In this document: piece by piece, positions 12,732 to 26,767 of the stretch
Numbering within the stretch: position 1 is the stretch's first letter
How the letters are laid out: the number at the start of each line of letters is the position of its first letter
Program-made: the position numbers and the translations under genes
The notes under the pieces: model-generated
Told to the model about the DNA's origin: nothing
The model's database searches: none
What the model saw: the letters and a program-made list of their open reading frames with translations, nothing else
Assembly (NCBI RefSeq): GCF_964204645.1
Contig: NC_134028.1
Location: 20,518,345 to 20,582,344 of the forward strand
Direction of reading: 5' to 3'
Origin: Tubulanus polymorphus
Taxonomy: Eukaryota; Animalia; Nemertea
Length of the DNA: 64,000 nucleotides

Positions 12732-15700
12732 AAGGGTGTATGCGACGAATAAGGAAAATACAGTTAATTTCCCTGTTTTCGGCTTAATTTTGAAGTAGAT
12801 GAAAACCTGTTTTCTTTGAATTGAAGCCACGGGAACCACTTAACCTCATTTTCAAGCCGGCTTAGAATAGGCGATGTTGGGTTATTATGTCATTGATTTG
12901 CACAAAACGGACACCAGTATAATCAAATTCCCATCCTCGATGGCGAGCGTTTCCAAAAACCCAGCAACAGTGAGTTCCGGGAACTCATTTTGACATGGAA
13001 TGTCGGAATCCCAGCCTTCGATAATTTCCCATCTCCACCATGACCCAATAGACTCAATTACTCAAATAATTTGCGGACCTCATTTTGACACGACGTTAAG
13101 AATTCAAAACCCGCCAAGGAATCGACCACGAAATTGAATTAATAAAACTTTTGATAAATGAATAAAAGTTTACCGGTAGGAAATTATACGGAACAATTAT
13201 CATCTTACCCACGTACGTGTATATATATATATACCCAGCATTATAGATATTATTGAAGTTTTCAGTTAAACAAGCCATAACAGAATTTACGTGACATGAA
13301 CTACTACCACAAAATAAGCTTTTCATCTTATTCCTAAAGGAACTGGTTCAACACTAATCAGTTATCTATTTTGTTACTAGCATGCAAAGCAAAACATTCA
13401 AATGTTTTTGATATATTCTAAATGAATTTTTGCTTTTATTTCTATTAACGGGATTGATGGAAAAGTTGTTTAGCTGAATCGCAGTATCGTCTCGCAACTG
13501 GATCTTTTATGACACAGTGTATTATACTTTTTCCACTGTCGGGTTATTTTCAAAGTGATTCACAATACGCGAGCGGATCTATTGCTATATGATAGTGATG
13601 GTGATTGAATACTAATTAAAGATAGAATGTCAGCTCTTTTATCTGTATTAGTGTATATAAATATATATATTTATTAACGTGTCATCTCGATAAACAAGCC
13701 AGCCTATAATAAGGCTTACAAGACACATTGACATTTACAAGTACAACAAACATGTGACATTGGATTAAGAATAAAGAATTTAGAATTTCGAAGTTTCATT
13801 GCGGCTGATATGAATCCGCAAACACTTACGATACGACTATTACTTAGTAGAATTTTAGTTTTTACGGCATTAGACAAAAGATTGATATCTAGTTCTAGGA
13901 TACCATTGATCTTAGAAAAGAGGTCATTACGTAGATCAACGTATTTGTAGCAAGTGCACAAGAAACGTTCCTCTGTTTCAACTTCATTCGCTGTACATGC
14001 AACACATATTGTTCAATTGGCAAATTACGGTAGCGACCTAGTTCTATGTTCAAGGGAAAAGTACCATTTCTTAACCTTGCTATTGTGGAGCGGTTTGAAC
14101 GTGATGTGTGTAATTTGACATAGTCTTCTGTTCCAAATTTTGGCTTAAGTACGGTATAAGTACGGAGTTTTGATTGCAGAGGAACATTTCTTGACCACGT
14201 TATTGCATAGTTTCTATATAAAATTATTCTAATATCATTCAAAACCTTTTTGATTTGATGGGTATTTAGAATAGATGTTCTCATAAAAATATTCCATATT
14301 ACATTCAGTTAGAACTGACTTGACGAATGAACACCAATTAGCTTTGCCAATAAAGGCCTGTTCATAATCATAGAGAAACAAATGTTTGGTTAATCTAGTA
14401 TCTGGCATATTACAAAGACGAAACCATAGGCGCAAAACCTCAATACGATGCCTAATAAATACCGGTAGCCATCCCATATCACCTTCAATCGATAACAAAG
14501 ATGATTTGTATATGCCCATGTAATAGCTAGAAAGGACATAAGTAGCAAATAATCACGAATCTGAGAATGTTCAATGTATACACTGACTTTTAAGTGTTCT
14601 TAATATCCAGCAGTGATGTATAGTGCGTGTATTATTGAAGTTCGTTTAAGTGTCCATGTGCAATAGGTATTATCGGGTAGACGGAATGGCCTGGTCGCTA
14701 TCGGTCTATATAGCTTTATGTCCTAATGTTACGGAATTATAAATAAAATGCTCTAGTATAGGCCTACAAAGAAAGTCTTTACAGCGGTCAAATGCATGGT
14801 CTCGAAGAAAGAGCGAACCATGCGAAAGTTATTTACAAAATAATGTGAATTATCAGGCCAGTAGTAGGCGGCATTGCAACTGATTCGAAATAGTTGTGTC
14901 ATCACTAAGAAATATCACATTTAGATTAATAGTTTTAGCCGGTGCTCGTGGTAATTCTGATGCGAGAATGGTGTGATCAGATTAAACCAAATGATATTTT
15001 AATTTTCGTATAGTAATTACAATTGGTCGTTTGATTCAATTGTTCATTTTCTTGAAAATAGAAACCCTTATAGAACTCAGATGGAAAATCCACTATGTTA
15101 ATCCACTAGTTTAAGCAAGTTTCGTTTTATCTAAATAATAGGCCTATGTTCAGTGAGTTTCGATCACAATGAGTTAAATTAGATATGATTATCATTGTTA
15201 TGAGTATGAGCCAATTAGATTGGACTTATGATTGAACGTTCCGGTTTCATACAACAAAACAAATAGAATGGATATTCTATATCATGAAAATATCAAATAA
15301 TATGTGAAACATTTCACATTGACACGATGCAGTGATATTAGTGAGCTATTTGTTCTATTGACGTTGACCGTGAACATGAATAAATGTACTTGTACCAGCA
15401 GAACAATTTTTGTCAGAACAGTCTTTGAACAGTTGAGTTACCTCCAGTTGAAGAATTAACTTTATAGTATTTGAAAAAATGGATTTTAATGCCTGATTCA
15501 TAAGTCCTCATTTAATATCTTCTGATATCTGTCTCATAATCGGGCAACGCATATGGTATAGGAACAAACCTCACGGGTTTCAAAGTCCTGAAATAGGCTT
15601 TTGAGATCGGAATCGCTGTCGTCATCTTGTTATCATTTTAATACCTTCAACATTATTCAGAGCTTATCTCTTATTTATTTGGTGTGTCCCTACTAACCCA

Positions 15701-18541
15701 CCACTCCTGCCGGGACTGAATTACGGGCTCGGATTTTGAAGTCAAAATTCGGGGTAACGAATATTCTATGTATGGATTATCGCAGATTCACTGAAATTTC
15801 AGTTTATATAAAACATCCAGTTAGGAAATTCCAGTTCAGTAAATAATTCCATTCAACCTGCACCAGCAAGCAACGATCTGGGGCTTTCAGTGTCGGCATT
15901 ATATAATTATATATAGGCCTACTTTGAAATTCTGAAATAACTGAGCCATATTGACTGTGTTTTTTCTGCTCTCGTTTTCAATGAATTAATAGTCCGAAAG
16001 TTAATATTAACACATAGACTATATAGGCACGCTACGGTTAAGATAATAGTGAAATCGATCAGTCTAATGCGACACAGATTAAAGGCATCGGTAATGAAAA
16101 CTAGTCTATGAAAAATAGGGTGTGAGTGCTGACTCCTACACCCTAAATTCTAGTAAAGAAATTTTTTTTTCATGTGGTCCAACCAGTATTTGATAAATCT
16201 ATGCCAATGAACCTACAGAAAGATCGCATAGGAGACAGTTTAGGTGATGGTCTCACTGTATAAACTAATAGGGTTGCTCGTTCAGCCGCTCTTAAGTGCT
16301 CTCAAGAATACTTAGTTCTAATCCATCCCAAAATAAATTGTGCCATTTCTATTTGAAGCCTTTTACCTTATACAAAAACAAGAGGATATCGCCATAGTTG
16401 CACCATGAGCTCGCTATAACAAAAACAACTGAGGAGGTCAATAGTCAACGGGATCCAATATCCAGTACTCTGCTTTGCAATTAAAATGGACCTACAAAAA
16501 TCCGAATACATCTCTACATTTTGTTTCATGTCTTTCGAGAAAATAGAAAAAACCACACTATCAAAAACGATGATATCTAAAATGTGCAATGAACATCTTT
16601 AGGCAAATACTGACCTTCAATTTCAAAGATTGTATTTATAGATTAATAATACACGATATACATTAATAGACATAATTTAGTTATCGAGCCCATTGCAGGT
16701 CTATGCAATCTGATATTATTTGAATATGTATTTATCAAGTAAGTTAACGCATTAATACGGTTGTTGATTTATAAGCGTGAGTCTATCCGGGTAACGGGTA
16801 ATAATCCGCCACATAAAAATCTAGCCCTTCCAAATTGAATTTCATAACATGTTAATCGATGATTCTCATCTTGATTAAGAAAAACATTTATCGATGTTAC
16901 TATTTCTACTGAGCACTAGATGATCGACAGTAATCCCTTCAAAGTGTACTGCGAACGCTAGCGAAGCACACGAATCATTTTAAGGAATGATAACTTGAGG
17001 ATATTTTGATTCTAGGAGTACGAGTTGTTGATTAGATTCGAAACTCAGCCCATAGAATAAGACAATTGGCTAATAAAGGTCACGTGAAAATGAATAATGT
17101 CTATTTAACCTAAATTCAATGATTTTACATATATATATTCCTCAACACCGTTGTAAAAAATATTATCCACGGGTTTCTAAAATATTGCATGTTTCCACTG
17201 TTTCCCAATCTCTGCAGTATGCAATCCTTACGTCGAATTAAATACTACGATCAGAATTACAATTTCATAACCTTGTTTATCAACTTTAGGTGACAGTGAT
17301 CAAATGATAATTGAGAATACTAAAGAATATTGTTTCTGAAGTATACTTCAGAAACAATATTGCTTGGGGTATGTGTTTCGATTGAATTCGATTAATTCGC
17401 CATATAAAACAAAAGCGATCAGACCATTTAGTACCCCGATAATACGGGTTTAGGCACGGGTATTTGTGCGGGCATCATCATCTCCATATACATATGATAA
17501 ATTATTGCTGGAGATTTATAATATAAGTCAAAGCACTGATGCAGCATTGTAGTAAAGATTGACTGTTTATTTCCTGACGCTCGTTATTGCCTATAGGCCT
17601 ACACAAGAATAGAGATCAGATGAAATGAAGTCCTGTCATTCAACCAAACGGATATTCAATTAATTTCGTTAATAAAGAAGCAAACCAAACTAAAGAAATA
17701 AAATCATTTCTTTGACAGAATTTGAACTTGGACCCTGAATGCTTTGTTTTGCACACACCCAGCTACTAACAAAATACACAACGGTTTGTATTGCCTATTG
17801 ATTCGTTGCGCATGCAGTGAAGTCATTGTAGTGTATAATACTATTTCTCGTGGATTTTATTGGAGGTTGGAAAATAAATGCGCTTACACTCTGCAAATAT
17901 GTTTTACACTCTATCAAGCATCAGAATTTGATAAAGTAACTTATCTATAATAATTGTGACTTTCATAATTACGGAACTTTGTTCCAGGTTTTGGAACCTA
18001 AAACTTCGATTGTTATAATATATTTAAAAAGATGTATAGTGTACCTACTGATTAATGAGGTTTCAACTTGTTAATATGTAGTGGACTTAACAATAGTAAT
18101 ATATAAGATAGAATAGTTTTTTGGGAGTTTTTCTTTATTTTCTACTTGATTTAAATTCGAGTCCCTGGCAGGTTTAAAATGTTTAATGCCGCGTTAACTC
18201 CGTAAATCACGGTATTTGACCTTATTGGGCCATTAGGAAGACGGGAAATTATCGAAGGCTGGGATTCCGACATTCCATGTCAAAATGAGTTCCCGGAACT
18301 CACTGTTGCTGGGTTTTTGGAAACGCTCGCCATCGAGGATGGGAATTTGATTATACTGGTGTCCGTTCTGTGCAAATCAATGACATAATAACCCAACATC
18401 GCCTATTCTAAGCCGGCTTGAAAATGAGGTTAAGTGGTTCCCGTGGCTTCAATTCAAAGAAAACAGGTTTTCATCTACTTCAAATTTAAGCCGAAAACAG
18501 GGAAATTAACTGTATTTTCCTTATTTGTCGCATACACCCTT
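12732..18541. mobile_element. 5.8-kb non-autonomous DNA transposon with ~300-bp TIRs, in BMPER intron 5
   Basis: TIRs 12732-13030 and 18243-18541 (AAGGGTGTATGCGAC...GTCGCATACACCCTT). The empty site cataaaagag in copy 2 implies a 4-bp AAAA TSD. No transposase ORF recognised, superfamily uncertain. Confidence 0.93.
13655..14522 (-). mobile_element. 3' fragment of a non-LTR retrotransposon (RTE-X-like C-terminus) nested in the DNA transposon
   Basis: Frameshifted ORFs GDMGWLP...RLTK, KLRTY...F..EDYV...RLR.G..PL.IE.GRY followed by Cys motifs; AATAAA plus (TA)n tail at ~13655-13676. Clade assignment is tentative. Confidence 0.75.
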
Positions 18542-21500
18542 AAAAGAGCAAGAAACTGTCTTTTTAAATTTGAATTAAATCTTTATCTTTAATGCTAATC
18601 TGTCCTTTATTCCAACCTTGAACTCAGTAGTATTCTATTTATAGATTGATCAGATCTGGAAGGATGGATCCTGTACTGATTGTAGTTGTAAAGATGGAAA
18701 AGTCACCTGCCAAGAAATAACGTGTGGTTCAACTCCTAAATGTTCACAGGTAAATATCTTAGTTTCCATGGCTGAAAACCTGGTAAAATTGAGGAATTAA
18801 TATTAAGATCATTATTGATTGAAAAAACCAATAATTATTGTTCTATCATTTCTTGAGTGAATACCTACTCGATGTTTCGACCATATCCTAATACTTGTTT
18901 GCAGGGATACTTTCGGGCTGTTTTTATTCTAAATGTGGGGGTTTATTTTAGTTTGATATGTTTTAATGCTGCCCGTCATCCATTTTTGGAGGGTTTTTCG
19001 ATGGCGTTCAAATCATTTCATATTTTCGTGAAATCATGAAACTTGAATACATTATATCTTTTCATTTTTTTTCAGAAATCTATTCTCTATCGGTCTGAAG
19101 GAGAATGTTGCCCTCTATGTGTCGCGGCTCATAGTATCTGTTCAGTTACTAACTCGAACAAGGATTATCTATCGTACGCTTCGTTTGACGGGTTCAATTA
19201 CAAATTCGGCGGAACTTGTCGCTACACTTTACTTCAAGACGTCGCAGATCGTCGGATTAACATCCGCGTCAAGAATGAGTATCATCCGTATCCGACTGTC
19301 AGAACTAAACTCGTTACAATCATCGTATCTTCGTTATCTATCGGGCTTCATCGAGATCTGGATATCAGAGTGAATCGTAGTAAAATCGCTGTTCCGTTCA
19401 AACATGAAAACTTTACTATCGAAGTCGTCAAAAACGCGACAGTGGTCGTGAATATGATAAACGGATTTAGATTAACCTGGAGTAAACAAGGCGATATCAA
19501 TGTTTACGTAACTGCGAGTTGGCAGAATAAATTAGGCGGTCTTTGCGGTAATTTCAATCAAGTCGTAAAAGACGATAGTAAAATGAAAATCAAGCAGGAA
19601 ATTGTCTCAGACTCGGAGCTTTTCGCCAAGTCGTGGCGAGTCGGTGGTAAATGTAACTGCGACGAACCGTTTAATAGTAGAAAGTCGTCGTGTAAAACTG
19701 TGCTCATCAGAAATGTGCTGTCTTAAAGAGTCCGGCGTTCAAAAAATGCCACAAGAAAGTCCCCGTCCAACCATTCCTCAGGTAAATATCAACTTCTTTA
19801 GCAAAGAAACCATTACGCGTTGGGGAATAGGTGGTTCATGAAAAAAGAATTTGTAAAATTCACGACCGAATTAACCAGTTTCCTCAGTTGGCTGGTACCG
19901 AATAAGGAACAGTCCATATCTCATAGAAACAAGTTACGAAACTCATAAAATGAAAAACTAGTTTGATAATTATTTGTTATCTATTTTATTTTCAGGGCTT
20001 GCACTGATAACGTTTGCGAATGTCCTTCGGGTAAAAACTGCGAATGCGCCATCGTGAAGTTTTACGTGAAAGAATGCGCCGAGCACAACATACAACTCAA
20101 ACTACCTAAACAATCTCAATGTGACCATTCTACTCGGCAGAAACAACATGACTCTTACTCTTCAAAGAAGAAGAAGAACTTGAAGAAACAAAACAAGCAG
20201 AAAAGAAGAGGAAAAATGCCGTTGTTGTTACGATCATTAGGAGGTGTCGTAATTGGTGATGAGTTCGAAAACGCCATATTGGATTAGAACGGGCGAGATC
20301 CTACATAATGATAAAACCTGTTCTGAAAAAATGTTGACTTTAAGATTAGTAAAAAAATTCAGAAAGATTTAGTGAAAAAAATGTTTGTGTCTAGTGGAAA
20401 AATTATTGATATGATAATTGATTCTTGGTGTTCTTTTTTCCTGTTGCTGCTGCTGCTGTTGTTGATGTTGTTGTTGTTAATTAAACTTTTTATTTCAGAG
20501 TTTTCAGGATTTAAAGTCATTTCGTAGAGTATGTAGAATATTTCTATATTTTTTTGGCATTGTTTTCAATGTCTTTATCTCTAACATTGCTTAACATATA
20601 TATATACACTGTACGATTTTGTTATCATATTGCGACTTTGTTTTGCAGGTTGCAATTAGTATGTTTTTGTAAATTTTTGTATTTTTATATAATTCTTTAA
20701 CTCAAATTCAATGTCTTGACGTTTGTAATGTTACAACTTTTATATACTGTGCTCTAATAATGAATTTAGATTGTATTGATTTGTTACTAAAATATCTGGT
20801 TTTTTCAGGATAATGTAAATAATCGTATGTTTTTATAACATTTGTTTGAAATAAAACATTTGATATCATTTATAAACAATTTGTCGTCAAACTTCACTTA
20901 TCCGCAATATCAAAATCGTGTCTTGAGTAGGGTGGTGATACTCGACCATCTCCGGGCGCGGTCGCAAAAGGGGAATTGTAGAAATTCTAACTAGTTTTTT
21001 CTTTTGAAAGGCAAATCAAAATATAAGTGGAACACAGCGAACTTCACGGGACCAGAAAATATGTTCATTATAACCGATAGTTATAACTAGTATGAAATCG
21101 ATAACATTCTCTTACTTGGAACGGAATTCATCATATTTTTGTTGTCAACCGAGTTCGAAATAACAAGGTTTTACTGTATTTCTGAATGCATTTTACCAGC
21201 CTTTGCCCCTAAAAATTTTAGAAATCAAATCATGAAAATAATGTTCAAGTTCGATCTCCTGCTGTGTATGCCTGTTTAACCAAACAATTCTCATCGATGA
21301 GCAGGGATTTTATTCGATCCCAGGATCTCCTCCGTAATTACGAGTCTGCATATTTGATATTGTATATTTCATTTTGTCAGGGGTCGCCGGTCGTCACAGG
21401 GTGCCCACAACTTGCGAGGGTCGTGTCTAGCTATTATTGTACATGCCGGGGCCACTAGTTGTCCTCGCGGGATATATTCTGCCGAATATTGAATCAGCCG

Positions 21501-22067
21501 TAAACATTCAAAGCAAATCTTGATTCTGATTGGGGCAGTTTATCTGATATCAAGACAATCCATCTGAAGCCATCTTCAAAACTTATCTGGAAAATATCTT
21601 CAAAACTTATCAAATATATCTGGACTCACGTGAAAAGGAGGTAGCCACTTTAAACAGATGTGGAACGAAACAAAATATGAGAGATAGGAATTGAGCTAAT
21701 TTAAGCCCCATCAATTTATCTATAGACCATTCTGAAAAAAAATGGGATACAACGAATATCAATTAGCTTCAAACACCTGCAAAATCAATTCGTTCACTTC
21801 GCAAATCTACAATAGACAAAATGCTCGCGCTTAAATGATTTCAGCATTTTCAGATCGAGTCATTAAATCAGATTTGATATTCAAAAGCAGCTAGGATGAC
21901 TTGTATTCTGCGAGATACTTTGATGAATATCAACAGTTCGATTGACATGTACATGTTTATGGGATTCTAAGTCTATAACAAACGACTGCATTGAGTTCGG
22001 GATTAAGTAATTTCTATGCGGTATTTTGTCTCCGAAAGCTCCTCTATCAAAAAGGAATTAAGTCTGG

Positions 22068-22077
22068 TATATATAAA
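22068..22077 (+). promoter_or_regulatory. TATA box of the peptide gene, copy 1
   Basis: TATATATAAA upstream of a short UTR exon ending 22146 (gtaagt donor); intron ends at tacag 22635. Conserved in copy 2 (~59849). Confidence 0.65.
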
Positions 22078-22648
22078 CAGAGATGAAAATCTAAACATTT
22101 AACTCTCATCGAAAGCTTTTCGACTTGTCACAGAGTGAAAGATTCCGTAAGTAGATATATGTTCTTTGTTTTTAGTTTTACTGTATTTTTGTTGAAAGTG
22201 TAGCATTCAATCCTTAGTCAAATTATAGAAAATAGAGAGATTGGCCAGTTTGTTTGACTACATCTACCTATCATAGAATCGAAAGTGTAGTTGTTAACAT
22301 ATTTAACACCATTCTGAAGAATGGCCAATTCTATTCTACAAGAGGGAATAGATTACATGTATATTGGTAACTATTGACTTGGTTAATGTTGACCTCATCA
22401 TTCAGTGAGCTAATATCAGTGCAAATGAGTCAACCCCTGATCAACTCCGCACCCATATCGGTCATTTCGATTTTTGGCGAGTATAGCGTAATTTCAGAGG
22501 TTGATTTTGACCAGTTTCGAGACAAACGATCTGTTCCGTTCTCGGCAGTAAACCCGGCTTCAGACGGGATTGGCGGTATATCGGGGGTTTACTGTATTTT
22601 TTAAATGATAATAATCTATAATTCATTGATTACAGACGAATCGGTAAA

Positions 22649-22888
22649 ATGAAATTTTCGGCAGTTTTTGTGTTGTGTTTTTTACTGGTGGTCGCCGTTA
22701 CTGGTGATCAAATAGAACGAGCTCTCCGAGACGCTGAGACTGCTGGACACGATCCGCTGGAGTTGATGGAGGCCAGACGAACCGTTCAACTGATGAAACG
22801 AGGATGGTTCAAGAAACTCTGGAAAGGAATCAAGAAACACTGTTCTATTGGTTACAACCGAGGCTTCACAGCTCAATGCAGTGGTTAG
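22649..22888 (+). CDS. Antimicrobial/cytolytic peptide-like prepropeptide, 79 aa, copy 1
   Basis: Signal peptide, propiece rich in D/E, KR site, then a 28-aa cationic mature peptide GWFKKLWKGIKKHCSIGYNRGFTAQCSG with two Cys and a C-terminal Gly. AATAAA at 22923. Confidence 0.88.
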   Translation: MKFSAVFVLCFLLVVAVTGDQIERALRDAETAGHDPLELMEARRTVQLMKRGWFKKLWKGIKKHCSIGYNRGFTAQCSG

Positions 22889-24642
22889 AATAATGAAATA
22901 TGCTAAAACATTTAAAAACATGAATAAATAAATGTTAATCGAGCAGCAATTGAATACACCTTGAGTTTATTCAATCCTATGTTCAGATGATCAAAATTCA
23001 GTCAATATTCAACGCCCCCTGGTGACCATATACAAAAACTAATGACCTTGAAACTCACAATCATGGAACATGTCAGCAGCTACGATTTTGTAATCGATAA
23101 TGTGATAAAAAATATGCCTAAGTACCAATATAATATGGAAATGCTAAGCATTCTACTATTCAACGCCCCCTGGTGATCATATGCAAAACCCAATGACATC
23201 GAAACTCACCACAATTATAGAACATGTCATGAGCTACAACGGGCGCAAAACGAACATCATAGAGCAAAAACGAAAATTTTCCTCAAAAACTTCAAAAATG
23301 TGTGAAAAGTGCTGATTTTGGCGTACAACAATGGCTGTGCCAGTAGGCCATCTTGATTCTACCAAGGCCGGTTTTTGGGCTGAAGATGTGTCTTGGGTAG
23401 ATAGTATAGTATAGTAGTTTATTTGTCACCATCAATATGTACAAATGAAAAATAACAAAATAGGTTATATAAAGACAATGAGGTGACAGGAGTCTGAATA
23501 GATACATATATAACCCAAATATCGAGACATTACATTGAAGCGTCTTTTTCCAAAAATTTCCAAAAATAACTGAATTCCGTCTACGAGTAGATACGTGAAA
23601 GGTCGAGACGGGAATGGTGTCCAATGGGCTGCCCTAGAAAGTAGGGACAGATGTGATGGGTCGAGACGGGAACATGGTGTCCAAGGGGATGTCTAGAGAA
23701 GAGAACCTGACTAGAACAGCGCTTGGTCCTACGAGAAAGACAACGTGTCATAAGTTTATCAATCATATTCATTTTTCAGAAAAATTCATACACTCTTGAC
23801 TTAGAAGAATTACATTTGAATTGATAAATGGCAAAATAAAACAATAAGCAAAAAGCCCCCGAACGTGAATTTTGAGAGATTTGAATCGAGAAACTCGATT
23901 TGTAGAAACCAAATGTTAAACTCGTGTCATTCATCGAATATTTAATTACAATAGGAAAGTTTCCAGTTACCAGGTGCCATTTTCAGCGTGTCTCACATTG
24001 TCGCGCAGATTTTAACATGTTCAAAACTAAAACCTTTAGTGCGATTCATTGTCGTCCATCCCTTCTTAGGCACAAAATCTAAACTCGGCTGCAACAATCC
24101 GATACAAAAAAAGATGCGCGTCACTTTTAGGAAGGCGCCTCAAAAAATTGGTAATTCTGTGTTATTGGCTGTAACTTTTAAACTTTCTGAGATACAATTA
24201 AGAATTTTTCACTTAAGAGTTTCATCTGAGGATTTTGTTTATACTGCATTCGTAAAACTATCTTCATAGAAACGCGCGTGACCACGGGTTGATCAGTGCA
24301 AAGCGTGCAAGTGGTCGACCGTCGATTTTCTGCATACGCGGGTTAAGCTATTGTCACGTCAATTTTCAAACTGTTAAAGATTTTCAAGATCAAAATTCAA
24401 TGTTGAATTGCTCAGCTCATATATAAATGGTATATAGTTAATTTGTATTTGCGACACACCTCTACTAGGTCAAGGTCGGTGGACACTAATGATGGCGGCT
24501 TGTCAAAAAACTGAAAATTTTCACTTTCAAGACGATTTTACAGCTTGATGAGAATCAGTTGATACGACTGGTATTCACAGTTTGACTGAGGCCCAGTTGT
24601 CCCCGGCCCTTATTATGAATAAGCAAAACATAAACAATTTCA

Positions 24643-25302
24643 GACTTATTTCCCGTTCGCATTGCTTTGTGGGAGTTTTTATAACAGTTGATTTACAGTC
24701 GGGCTCAGTTAAACCTCGTCTCAAAAGAGAACCACTGTCGCAGTATTTAATACCGTACGCCTTCAGGTTTAATTCACTCGTCTATAAGAAATATCTCAGC
24801 GGACAGGAATGTGAAAAAATGGCGTTCGTTGCCGGACAGCCAGACACAGCTGTCAGTGACAGCCGGAAGACACGCCCACACATCGGTCACACCTACAGGT
24901 ATCAGCTCTCTTATTGAACATGTCAAGTTGAAACAAATCTTTTTTCTGGCGTTTCTAATCTGTTTAATTGGTTTTCTAACGCAGATGAATCGAATTACTT
25001 GTTATCGTTGAGATTGGGGTCTCGTGCAGTTGTTTGAGTGGAGGACTGGGAACCAAGAGGTCCCTAGATCGAAACCACATCTGGCTGTCCAGACACATGC
25101 ATGGACTAAGCTCTGGTAACTCTGTCAGGTTGTGAGCCATAACAACCTATAAAAAGGCCTTGGTCGTCTCTTAAGAACTACTAGGGTTACACTGTTACTT
25201 GCTGCTGTGACCCAAAACTCGTCTAATTACACGCTAGGTGGCGTTACAGCAATAGAAACTTGTCCTATGTATTGGACACCGTCTGAAACAACTGGAAGCT
25301 CG
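24643..25302 (+). pseudogene. Class B (secretin-family) GPCR N-terminal fragment, decayed and SINE-interrupted
   Basis: Homologous to 42275-42868 (YLS..ECE.WR; ETCP.YWT exon ending gtaag); the WDG..CW codons are replaced by a SINE. Confidence 0.65.
25015..25228 (+). mobile_element. tRNA-derived SINE-like insertion (~210 bp)
   Basis: Absent from the paralogous exon at ~42770. The 5' part ggggtctcgtgcagttg...ggactgggaaccaagaggtccctagatcgaaacc resembles a tRNA with degenerate A/B boxes. Copies at ~26343-26560 and 63845-64000. Confidence 0.6.
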
Positions 25303-25573
25303 TAAGTAGCACCTGCTAAGAGGTTCCCGGGTTACTTGTAAGTAATTTCCGCACACCCCTTTTGGGGGAACTGTAAACTGCGAATCGTCAATGAAATCAA
25401 TACATCACTAAATTCATTTCTAATGCCAAAAGAATTATTTATTTGCATTTTCAAGCATTGACACAAATCTTAATCGTATAGAACAAGGAAACGCGAAACC
25501 TACAGAATTAGAAAATACATTTTCTAGTATAATGCGATGCTGTTCAAATTATCCATCATTTCTATATACATAT

Positions 25574-25722
25574 CTAGTTTTCTAGTTTTTTCAATGCATT
25601 TTTCAGAGATTTCAAATGGTTTCTTAGATCTTTGGCATTTTTTCGTACGTAATCGAAAATCAGCGATTTGCCTTGTTTTGACTTGAAGACTTTCGACAAA
25701 ACGCTAGGTAGTTGTGAACCTT
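25574..25722 (-). pseudogene. Secreted two-Cys protein family, fragment G (3' half of last exon only)
   Basis: Reverse strand gives GSQLPSVLSKVFKSKQGKSLIFDYVRKNAKDLRN then a frameshift; homology stops at ~25722. Confidence 0.75.
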
Positions 25723-25973
25723 ATTTTTGGAAATGAGTTGTTGTAGGAAGTCTATATTCGGGATTGGAAACTTCCGCGGAATCCTCAAAAGATTGGATTC
25801 GAACCGTTTACGGTATGTTCCATTGCGCATGTCTATTGCACGCGACAGAACAATAATCTCCCGTTCGATATGGCTTCGGTGTTAGACGTGAAAGATGAAA
25901 CTAGGAAAAGATTTTCATATTTGAGTGTTTTGCGAGTTGATATCGATATTGTTTATAGGTAATTCGATTTTCA

Positions 25974-26636
25974 GACATATTTCCCGTTCGCATTGCTTTG
26001 TGGGAGATTTTATAACAGTTGATTTACAGTCGGGCTCAGTTAAACCTCGTCTCAAGAGAGAAACCACTGTCGCAGTATTTAATACCGGCCGGACGCCTTC
26101 AGGTTTAATTCACTCGTCTGTCAGAAATATCTCAGCGAACAAGAATGTAAAAAATGGTGTTCGTTGCCGTACAGCCAGACACAGCTGTTAGCGACAGCTG
26201 GAAGACACGCCCACACATCGGTCACACCTACAGGTATCAGCTCTCTTACTGAACATGTCAAGTTGAAACTTCATATCTTTTTTCTGGCGCTTCTAAACTG
26301 TTTAATTTGTTTTGAACCGAATTACTTGTTATCGTTGAGATTGGGGTCTCGTGCAGTTGTTTGAGTGGAGGACTGGGAACCAAGAGGTCCCTAGATCGAA
26401 ACCACATCTGGCGTTGGCTGTCGAGACACATGCATGGACTCAGCTCTGGTTACTCTGTCAGGTTGTGAGCCATAACAACCTATAAAAAGGCATTGGTCGT
26501 CTCTTAAGAACCACTAGGGTTACAGTGTTACTAGCTGCTGGGACGAAAAACTCTTCTTATTACATGCCAGATGGCGTTACGGCAATATAAACTTGTTCTA
26601 TGTATTGGACACCGTCTGAAACAACTGGAAGCTCGT
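25974..26636 (+). pseudogene. Class B GPCR N-terminal fragment, local duplicate of 24643-25302, SINE-interrupted
   Basis: High nucleotide similarity to 24643-25302, including the same SINE insertion. Confidence 0.65.
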
Positions 26637-26767
26637 AAGTATCACCTGCTAAGAGGTTCCCGGGTACTTGTAAGTAATTTCCGCACACCCCTTTCTGGAG
26701 AACTGTAAACTGCGAATCGTCAATGAAATCAATACATCACTAAATTCATTTTTAATGCCAAAAGAAT

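Noticed and set aside
21035-21180. Tc1/mariner-type MITE ends (...gttttactgta; also ~22440-22596) and repeated caacgccccctggtga at 23005-23180
   Set aside because: Only one terminus is recognisable and boundaries cannot be fixed, too weak to annotate.
22682-22921. 79-aa antisense ORF over the peptide gene (also 60472-60711)
   Set aside because: Shadow ORF with no independent gene signals.
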